From Candidatus Velthaea sp. (lineage in GTDB: Bacteria > Vulcanimicrobiota > Vulcanimicrobiia > Vulcanimicrobiales > Vulcanimicrobiaceae), in the NCBI GenBank assembly GCA_965214935.1, contig CBDCCS010000021.1, forward strand, positions 192,001 through 256,000: a stretch of 64,000 bases of DNA. Reading direction: 5' to 3'. The translations under genes were made by a program, and so were the position numbers. Numbering within the stretch: position 1 is the first letter of the stretch; each line of letters starts with the position of its first letter. The notes below the pieces were generated by a model that worked only from the letters and a program-made list of their open reading frames with translations, did not search any database and was not told the DNA's origin. Positions 57,131 to 64,000 of this stretch are shown in pieces.

Positions 57131-59499
57131 TCGACGGTCAGCGCGATTGTCGCCGCTCCGACATCGCCGTCCGCAGTAACCTTCAAGATGGAAAGCACGT
57201 ACGATCCTCGTTCCTGCGGCATGGTGAGGGCGACGGTCGAGCCGGCATTTTGCTCGACCCGCCAGACCAGCGCGCGCGGAGCGGCGGCCGCCAGCGTCGC
57301 GTCGGTCCGCTCTGCCGCACGCGGCCGGTCGAACGCAAAGATATTGCCGGCCGTCGAGCGCGCCGGCGCGACCCACGCATGCCAAGCCGGATCGTCGGAT
57401 GCGGGATCCTGCGACGTCGTGCCGGCGGCAGCCAAGCTTTCCGGCGCGTTGACGAAGTCGGCGCCCTGTGCCGGGATGCCGTCGGCTAAGCGCAGCGCAA
57501 CGGTCGAGGTCTCGTGCCCCCCGCCGTCGGCAATCGTGATGGTCGCGACGCTGCCGGCGGTGTAGGTCGCCCGGTCGGCGTGCAAGACCGTGATGCGCGG
57601 ATGTCCGGGTCCATCGACGGCGACGGCGCGCGTGCCGTACGTCAGCGCGCCGTCGCGTACGAAAGCAACGCCGGCTTCAACATCACCGACGGTATCGGGT
57701 ACGCTTAGGTTTGCGCCGGCACGCCCGTCGCGGACCGCAACGCGCACGGCCGCAAACGAGCGCGCGCCGTCGAGCGTCACGAACGCATCGCCGGATGCGC
57801 CGGCCAAGTTCGCGCTGAGATCGACGCGCGCGTTGACTTTGTAGCGGTCGCGCGCGAAGTCGATCCGGATCTCACCGCTGCGGCCGCTGCCGCCGGCGGA
57901 TACGGCGCTCGGTTCGACGGCGACGGCAGCAGCATCCAAAATGTACCGGTCGCCGCTGCGTGCGCTGGCCGTAATGAGGCTTGTGCCCGGAACGGGATCG
58001 CGAAACGTCGCGCGCGCCCGGCCGCCGGAATCGAGCACCACGGCGGTTCGCGCGCTGTTCGCGCCGTGCGTTAGGCGTACGTCGACGGGCAGTCCGGCGA
58101 CCGGGGTGCCGTCCAGCGGATGAAAACCGCGAACGTCGACGATCGCCGCTTCGCCGACGTTGAGCGAACTGTGCTCGCACGTGACCGCTAGGGCCACGGT
58201 TGCCGTCGGGGTCACCAGCCGCGACGATACCGTTGCGCCGCCGCTTTGGGCCGTAATGCCGTACGTCGACGCCAGTTCATCGCCGGGCGCCGGCAAAACG
58301 ACGTGCGCGACACCCGTCGCGTCGGTGCGTACGCGGCGGTCGAGAATGACGGTCGTGGCCCAAGCCGGTGCATCATCCGGCGTCCCGGGCGCCAGCACGT
58401 GCGGCGTGCGCACGACCCGCACGCGAACGTCGCGATCGGGCTGCGGGACGCCGGATTTTTCCAACGTGACGCCGACCGGAATATCTACGTTCGCCCCGCA
58501 CGCACCCCCACCGCACTCCGGCACGATCGTGAGCGTCGCATCGCCGACGGACTCGACGTGCAGCGATGCCCCGCCCGTTGCGCCATTCGCACTTGCCAGC
58601 ACCGCCACGTCGCCCGCGGGTGCATCGGCGGGCAACGTCACCTCGGTGTTAAAGGCGCCGGCGGAATCGAGTTTGGGACTCGCCGCCAGCAACGCCCGGC
58701 CGCGCGTAACGATGCTCAGCCGAACGTTGCCCGCAGCCGGACGCATCTCGGGACCCCGACGCACGCGCGCAAAGCCGACGACATGCAACGCCTCGCCGGC
58801 ATGCACGACGCCGCGATCGAGCCGTAAGCCGACCACCGCCGCCGGTTCGGGCGGAACGGGTACGAAGTTGAGAAATGCGAAGCTGCGGCCCCATTCCGCG
58901 AGCGCGAAGCGCGGGCGCGCACCGCTCAAGCGCACGATGCCGTCGGCGCCGGTTTTGCCGTACGTGAATGCCGCTCCGTTCAAGTACGTGAGGCGCATGC
59001 CGCTTAGGGCGCGGCCGGTTCCAAGGTCCGCGCCATACAACACGATGCCGCCCGGCGATTCTTTACTGAGCAGCCCGATGCGCGACAGGTTGAGCCAAAC
59101 TTGTTGCGTGGCTTGTCCGCGCCGCGCTTCGATAACGAAGAAACCTTCGCGCCCGCCGAGCGGAACGGCAACTTCATTGGACTCGAACTTCAAGCCGATC
59201 GGCGGGGTAAACCGCCAGGCGGCGACCGCTTTGCGTCTGGTGGTGTCGATTGCACGCGGTCGCGCATTGGCGCCCGCGACGAGCACGTCCGCCGGGTCGA
59301 CTTGATACGCCGCCAAGTTGACCGGAGCACCGCTATAGGTGTCGAGCCGTACCGTTACGGGTTTCCACGGCACTTGCGTATCGCGCGAGAACAACGCAAA
59401 ATACGCGTCCCACTTGCCCGAATCGAGTAACGCACGCGCGGCTTGCAACGGCGTCAGCGTGGCCAAGACGAACGCCAGCACGCCGAGTGACGCAAACAA
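57127..59499 (-). CDS. alpha-2-macroglobulin-like MG-domain protein lacking the thioester domain
   Basis: LDRGVVHAGEALHVVGFAR (MG2-like), G.TGADG/TDATG motifs, DRATYTAG; no CxEQ; TTG 59499 with signal peptide. Confidence 0.65.
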   Translation of the reverse strand: MFASLGVLAFVLATLTPLQAARALLDSGKWDAYFALFSRDTQVPWKPVTVRLDTYSGAPVNLAAYQVDPADVLVAGANARPRAIDTTRRKAVAAWRFTPPIGLKFESNEVAVPLGGREGFFVIEARRGQATQQVWLNLSRIGLLSKESPGGIVLYGADLGTGRALSGMRLTYLNGAAFTYGKTGADGIVRLSGARPRFALAEWGRSFAFLNFVPVPPEPAAVVGLRLDRGVVHAGEALHVVGFARVRRGPEMRPAAGNVRLSIVTRGRALLAASPKLDSAGAFNTEVTLPADAPAGDVAVLASANGATGGASLHVESVGDATLTIVPECGGGACGANVDIPVGVTLEKSGVPQPDRDVRVRVVRTPHVLAPGTPDDAPAWATTVILDRRVRTDATGVAHVVLPAPGDELASTYGITAQSGGATVSSRLVTPTATVALAVTCEHSSLNVGEAAIVDVRGFHPLDGTPVAGLPVDVRLTHGANSARTAVVLDSGGRARATFRDPVPGTSLITASARSGDRYILDAAAVAVEPSAVSAGGSGRSGEIRIDFARDRYKVNARVDLSANLAGASGDAFVTLDGARSFAAVRVAVRDGRAGANLSVPDTVGDVEAGVAFVRDGALTYGTRAVAVDGPGHPRITVLHADRATYTAGSVATITIADGGGHETSTVALRLADGIPAQGADFVNAPESLAAAGTTSQDPASDDPAWHAWVAPARSTAGNIFAFDRPRAAERTDATLAAAAPRALVWRVEQNAGSTVALTMPQERGSYVLSILKVTADGDVGAATIALTVE

Positions 59500-59500
59500 C

Positions 59501-59908
59501 TTAGTAATCGTAGTGTATCGTTCCCATCGTGGTTGACTGAGCCCGAAATGCAATCGTCAGCGTTCGCTTTTCCCCGGGTTTGATCGGACTGAGATCGTTC
59601 GATATTCCAGCCAGCGCGGAGGCTCCGCTATCGACTGCGAAATACCGTTCGCCGGTACGGTCGATGAGCGCGAAGCGTGCAATCGCCGGCACCAGCGCCG
59701 CGCTTTGGTCGTTCGTTATTTCGACCTTGGCGATAACGTACGTTACGGGACCGGCGCCGATCGCATTACGCGAATCGCTGCTGTCGACGAAGCTCGACTG
59801 GACGACGACGACCGTACCGCTGCCGTTAATGAGCGTCGTGTCGTCGGCCTGACGGCATGCGCCAAGCCCGAACGACAGCAACAAAGCGCAGGCCAGTCGT
59901 CTGTGCAT
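59501..59908 (-). CDS. DUF4352-like Ig-fold lipoprotein
   Basis: Lipobox LGAC; VEITND...FALIDRTGERY...IKPGEKRTLTIAF. Confidence 0.65.
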   Translation of the reverse strand: MHRRLACALLLSFGLGACRQADDTTLINGSGTVVVVQSSFVDSSDSRNAIGAGPVTYVIAKVEITNDQSAALVPAIARFALIDRTGERYFAVDSGASALAGISNDLSPIKPGEKRTLTIAFRAQSTTMGTIHYDY

Positions 59909-59971
59909 AGCACCGGCGGGTTCGGCGTATTCCAGGAGGCGTCCCGTGCTGCACGACCAAATGCATTTACG

Positions 59972-60139
59972 GTGGATGATGAGCGTCTCAATGGATCCAC
60001 GTCGCTACCGTGCCGCTTCTGCGGAAGCGATGCGGACGAACCGGATGAAAAAGCACTACGCGAACGTGCCGGGACATTTCAAGTGATCGTGGCCTGCGCA
60101 TCGTGTGGCGCTGCGTTCGCCGCGCTTTCACGCAATTAA
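59972..60139 (+). CDS. small zinc-ribbon protein (55 aa)
   Basis: LPCRFCGS...VACASCGA; stop abuts the next start codon. Confidence 0.55.
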   Translation: MDDERLNGSTSLPCRFCGSDADEPDEKALRERAGTFQVIVACASCGAAFAALSRN

Positions 60140-60697
60140 GTGCGGCTTGCAGCAGCCGCTTTGGTCGCAATCTTGGCCGTTGCGCCGGCCGCGATAGCGG
60201 CTGCGATCCCGAGTCCGCATCCCGCGCCGGCAAGGTCCGCAGCGCCCGCGCGAATCGATCTTAATAAGCTGCAGCCGAAAACGCTGCTGCCCAAGCGCGC
60301 AGAGCACCAAGAATACGTTGTTGAGGTGAACAAACTCGGACAAGTCGCGCGCGTTCGCACCGAGCACGGTAACGGCGACCCGACGTTCAACGCGCAAACG
60401 TACGGGAATGCGCTTCAGGCGTTTATCCGCACGCCGGACGGACACGTCGTGCTCGGCACGTACCGGCTGGCGTACGACTTCGATCCCAAAACAAGTCGCG
60501 TCCGGCGCGAAGTGACGTTGATCAGTCAAGGCGGCGTCAATCCGGATGCCAAAGGCGCCGTCGCCGACCTGCTGAGCAAAGTTCATTCGCATACGCCGAT
60601 TCCAATTGCGCCGAATGCCGGGTCGGCAATCGATCCGCGCACGTTACCCGACTTGAATCGCGTCATTCCGCCCTCACCGAGCCCCTCGGCGCACTAA
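60140..60697 (+). CDS. exported protein, possible TonB C-terminal-like fold
   Basis: Signal peptide, Pro-rich segment, VVEVNKLGQVARVR...GDPTFNAQ. Confidence 0.5.
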   Translation: MRLAAAALVAILAVAPAAIAAAIPSPHPAPARSAAPARIDLNKLQPKTLLPKRAEHQEYVVEVNKLGQVARVRTEHGNGDPTFNAQTYGNALQAFIRTPDGHVVLGTYRLAYDFDPKTSRVRREVTLISQGGVNPDAKGAVADLLSKVHSHTPIPIAPNAGSAIDPRTLPDLNRVIPPSPSPSAH

Positions 60698-60701
60698 CGG
60701 C

Positions 60702-61322
60702 ATGCTCGTCGCAGACGAACGATCGGGCGCACTGGGGTTACTCGAGCGTACGTCGCATGCACGAGCGTTTGCCGCCGGACCCTTACCGCCGATGGCGTTG
60801 CGCCGCGTCGTCGATGCCGGCCGTTTTGCACCGTCGCTGTTCGACACCCAGCCGGTGCGCTTCGTGGTCGTTCGCGATCCGGCAACGTACGAGCGGTTAC
60901 GAGCGGGTTGTAATAAGTCGCGCGACACGTTCATGAGACTGCGCGGCATTTTCGGGCGACTCAACGCGCGGCTGCGCCGGCCCGAATATCAGGCGGGCTT
61001 ATTACGGCAGCAGCACGGCGACGTTGTTCCGCCGAACGGCGTTGCGATCGTCCTGTTACAAGATGATTCGTATCCGGAATCAAGTGAAGCATGCGCGTGC
61101 GCGCTCATGGCGATGGCGCTCGAAGCGACGGCGTGCGGGTTGGCCAGTCAATTCACTAGTTGGACGCGCGGTTTGGCGTTCGATAAGAAGATGGTCGCGC
61201 TGCTCGGTGTTCCCAAGGGCTTCAAAATTTTCACGAGTATCGTTATCGGCAATCCGGTCGAGCCGTTGACGGCGCGCCGCAAAAAACGGCGCAGCGCCGA
61301 CGACGCCGTTCGCTGGTTGTGA
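60702..61322 (+). CDS. nitroreductase family protein
   Basis: RTSHARAF, FAPSLFDTQPVRFVVVRD, GLAS, IVIGNP. Confidence 0.85.
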   Translation: MLVADERSGALGLLERTSHARAFAAGPLPPMALRRVVDAGRFAPSLFDTQPVRFVVVRDPATYERLRAGCNKSRDTFMRLRGIFGRLNARLRRPEYQAGLLRQQHGDVVPPNGVAIVLLQDDSYPESSEACACALMAMALEATACGLASQFTSWTRGLAFDKKMVALLGVPKGFKIFTSIVIGNPVEPLTARRKKRRSADDAVRWL

Positions 61323-61603
61323 CGCGGCGCGACCGGCCGCGACAAGTCAAACGCGCGCCCGGTGAATCGATGATGGATTTCTACCTGCGGAATCGGGCGA
61401 ACATCGATACGTCGATCGACCGCGATGTCGAGCGCTCGTGCACGTCCAAACAACAGTACGCCAGCGAAGCGCAAGCACGCGCGATTGCAACGATGCAAGG
61501 CATGAGCGGAAGCTTATTCACCTATCACTGCCGGTATTGCGAGTTTTGGCACTTGACGCGCCGGCCGACGTCCGGCGGAACGCCCGACATTATCGACGAT
61601 TAG
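61319..61603 (+). CDS. small Cys/His putative zinc-binding protein
   Basis: CTSKQQY...YHCRYCEFWHLT; GTGA overlap with the nitroreductase stop. Confidence 0.7.
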   Translation: MTRRDRPRQVKRAPGESMMDFYLRNRANIDTSIDRDVERSCTSKQQYASEAQARAIATMQGMSGSLFTYHCRYCEFWHLTRRPTSGGTPDIIDD

Positions 61604-62442
61604 GCGCGGGCGCCGGCCAGCCGCGCGCCTTTCGGCCGATACGCCGTTTGCCCCAGTGACGTAAAAACGTCCGCTGCATAAGAGATATTTTCCGAATGGC
61701 CGGTCACGAGCAGCCCGTCGTCGGCGATCAGTCCGCCGAAGCGTTGCAAGATACGTTGCTGCAGCGGTTGCTCGAAGTAGATCAAAACGTTGCGGCAGAT
61801 GATGATGTCGAGATTGCCGGGCACGGGCCACGCCGGCTCTTGTAAGTTGATGACCCGGTAATCGATCATCGTTCGCAGCGCCGGGCGGACCCGCGCGAAG
61901 CCGGTATTCGGACCGTCACCGCGTTGGAAGAAACGTGCACGTCTGCGGTCGGAAACCGTGTTGAGCCGCTCGAGCGCGTACACGCCGCGCTGCGCGTGCG
62001 CAAGGACATCGGTGTCGATGTCGCTGGCGATGATTTCAACCGGCGGAGTCTCGGAGTCGTACGCTTCGATCATTGCCATTGCAATCGAATACGGCTCTTC
62101 GCCCGTCGACGCTGCGGCACACCAGATGCGGATGCGCGGCAGACGCCGCCGCTTGACGTAATCCGCCATGATCGTGAAGTGATGCGCTTCGCGAAAGAAC
62201 GAGGTAAGATTGGTGGTCAGCGCGTTGACGCACGCCTCCCATTCGGCCGGGTCGTTTTCCGCAAGATCGAGGTATGTATCGAAACGATCGAGACGCTGCG
62301 CCCGCAACCGGCGCGCGAGCCGGTTATACACCATGCTGCGCTTCGATTCGGCAAGCGAGATTCCGCAATGTGCGTGTAGCATGCGCCGGATCCGGTTGAA
62401 ATCCGTCGTGCTAAATGAGAACTCTCGATCGGACTCAGCCAC
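61600..62442 (-). CDS. cheR: chemotaxis protein-glutamate methyltransferase
   Basis: TTNLTSFFREAHHF, IWCAAASTGEEPYS, SDID, CRNVLIYF, GHSE. Confidence 0.95.
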   Translation of the reverse strand: MAESDREFSFSTTDFNRIRRMLHAHCGISLAESKRSMVYNRLARRLRAQRLDRFDTYLDLAENDPAEWEACVNALTTNLTSFFREAHHFTIMADYVKRRRLPRIRIWCAAASTGEEPYSIAMAMIEAYDSETPPVEIIASDIDTDVLAHAQRGVYALERLNTVSDRRRARFFQRGDGPNTGFARVRPALRTMIDYRVINLQEPAWPVPGNLDIIICRNVLIYFEQPLQQRILQRFGGLIADDGLLVTGHSENISYAADVFTSLGQTAYRPKGARLAGARA

Positions 62443-62650
62443 GGCGACTTCGGCGAAGAAACCGTGCGAGATTGCGAGCTGCGGCAGTCAAATGTTGCTC
62501 CAGGGCATGCGGCATCCCGTAACGGCAGCAAAGAGTCGGTATGAGGGTCTTCGGACGCCGGGCGGCCGCGCTTTAGCGGCCGCGTCCCGGGTATGCCGAG
62601 CCGCCGGTTGAACTGCAGCTGAGCGGCTACAGTTGCCCAAGGAGGTTTGT

Positions 62651-63535
62651 GTGCGCTTCGTTTCTTTCTCCGCTGCGTCCGGCGCGCGGCGCCCGGGCGT
62701 CTGCTCGGGCGACGCGGTCGCGGCGTTCCGCCCGCCGGTCGATTCGCTCGAAGCGTTCATCGCGCTCGACCGGGCAGCGCGCGTCGACGCCTTGACCGCG
62801 CTTGAAGCGCCGGTAGCGCTCGCGACGGTCACCCTGCTCGCGCCGCTCGCGCCGCGCAAAAACGTCTTTTGCATCGGCCGCAATTATCTCGCTCACGCAC
62901 AGGAAAGCTCGCGTGCACGCGGTGAGGCCGACCTCACTTTGCCCGCCGTTCCGACGATCTTTACCAAGGCGCCGACGGCAATCGCCGGCCCGGATACGAC
63001 GCTGCGGTTATCGCCGGGCGTGAGTTCGCAATATGATTGGGAAGCCGAGCTGGCCGCAATCGTCGGCGAACGCTGCAAAGACGTCGCCGAAGCCGATGCG
63101 CTCGCAATGGTCTTCGGTTACACGTGTCTGAACGACGTTACCGCGCGCGATTTGCAACGTTCGCATCAGCAATGGTTTAAAGGAAAATCACTCGACGACA
63201 CGTGTCCGCTCGGACCATGGCTCGTCGATGCCGCCGAGATCGGCGATCCGCAGAATCTGGACATCGCGCTGCGCCACAACGGCGTTACCCGGCAGCATTC
63301 GAACACCCGAGCGATGATCTTCAACATCGCGCGGATCATTGCCGAGCTCTCGAAAGGGATGACGCTCGAGCCGGGCGACATCATCGCAACCGGGACGCCG
63401 GACGGCGTCGGCTTCGCCATGGAGCCGCCGGTTTTTCTCGCTGACGGCGACGTCATGGAAGTCGAGATCGAGCGCATCGGCGTCTTGCGCAACACGATCG
63501 CGCTGAGCCGCCCGGCCGAACTGGCGGCGCGTTGA
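62651..63535 (+). CDS. fumarylacetoacetate hydrolase family protein
   Basis: CIGRNYLAH, DWEAEL, NDVTARD, GKSLD, GDIIATGTPDGVG; GGAGG SD before GTG 62651. Confidence 0.93.
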   Translation: MRFVSFSAASGARRPGVCSGDAVAAFRPPVDSLEAFIALDRAARVDALTALEAPVALATVTLLAPLAPRKNVFCIGRNYLAHAQESSRARGEADLTLPAVPTIFTKAPTAIAGPDTTLRLSPGVSSQYDWEAELAAIVGERCKDVAEADALAMVFGYTCLNDVTARDLQRSHQQWFKGKSLDDTCPLGPWLVDAAEIGDPQNLDIALRHNGVTRQHSNTRAMIFNIARIIAELSKGMTLEPGDIIATGTPDGVGFAMEPPVFLADGDVMEVEIERIGVLRNTIALSRPAELAAR

Positions 63536-63900
63536 TCGGAACGATCGTTGCTGCTCTGGGCGGCTTTGCATTCACGGCAGTCGGCATCGGCGCGCTCGTC
63601 GCTCCGGGAACGTCGAGCACGCAGTACGGCTTGCCCACCTCCGACCCGGCGGCACTCGCGCTCGTGCGAGCAGTCGGTGCGCGCGATATCGTGCTGGGCG
63701 CACTGGTGCTGCTGCTGCTTGCGCGGCACGATCGTGATGCGGTCGCGCTCGTGCTGTCGGTATCGGTCCTTGCTGCCGCCGGTGATGCGACTGCCGTCTT
63801 GACCGGACGTAGCGATGCAGAGCTGCGGCACGTCGCCGTTCATCTCTGCGGTGCAGGCGCATTGCTTGCGGCGGCGGCGCTGCTGCGAAGCGAGCGCTGA
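63532..63900 (+). CDS. DUF4267-like membrane protein
   Basis: YGLP...RAVGARDIVLG...GD...H pattern; four hydrophobic helices. Confidence 0.7.
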   Translation: MIGTIVAALGGFAFTAVGIGALVAPGTSSTQYGLPTSDPAALALVRAVGARDIVLGALVLLLLARHDRDAVALVLSVSVLAAAGDATAVLTGRSDAELRHVAVHLCGAGALLAAAALLRSER

Positions 63901-63947
63901 TGCATCACGCTGAAGGACCGCAGCATGTAAGTTCCGATGTAAGGCGC

Positions 63948-64000
63948 ATGAAGATCGCCGTTCCCAAAGAACGCGGCGCCGGTGAAAATCGCGTCGCGCT
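63948..64000 (+). CDS. pntA: NAD(P) transhydrogenase alpha subunit (or alanine dehydrogenase), 5' fragment
   Basis: MKIAVPKERGAGENRVA; truncated by the window end. Confidence 0.6.
   Translation, partial: MKIAVPKERGAGENRVA

Noticed and set aside
56189..59305. Long plus-strand ORFs (56189..57565 and 58160..59305)
   Set aside because: Antisense to polA and the macroglobulin-like gene; no motifs; expected in high-GC DNA.

Overview
A high-GC bacterial chromosomal segment made mostly of core genes. I found no rRNA, tRNA, CRISPR array or transposase. LptF/G, LptD, LptC-like and Lnt genes alongside Terrabacteria-style features (tandem CIRCE, GsiB-like KGG proteins, rpsA-coaE linkage) point to a diderm Terrabacterium, possibly Vulcanimicrobiota/Eremiobacterota (inference only). 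The window holds groES-groEL, an MCP, alr, scattered his genes, a CitA-type citrate synthase and a dcw cluster (mraZ-rsmH-ftsL-ftsI-murE-murF-X-mraY-murD-ftsW-murG-murC-murB-ddl, no ftsQAZ). It also holds a divergent slt-lptF/G-lptD unit, lnt-lptC, KGG stress proteins, mutM-rpsA-coaE, an RND system, polA, an alpha-2-macroglobulin-like gene, cheR and the start of pntA. Highlights: (1) gene X is a CofE-like amide ligase translationally coupled between murF and mraY, a candidate peptidoglycan-precursor modifying enzyme; (2) an unlisted 56-aa metallothionein preceded by an in-frame 13-codon uORF with a strong SD; (3) a CGGGTACA motif just before three SD-less genes plus a SigB-like promoter before the KGG genes, suggesting a general-stress regulon; (4) rpsA apparently starts at ATT behind a highly structured ~190-nt leader, and murB apparently at CTG; (5) a membrane-anchored silk-like Gly/Ser protein heading the RND operon; (6) a thioester-less half-length alpha-2-macroglobulin coupled to polA. 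All assignments come from motif recognition by eye; no searches were run.
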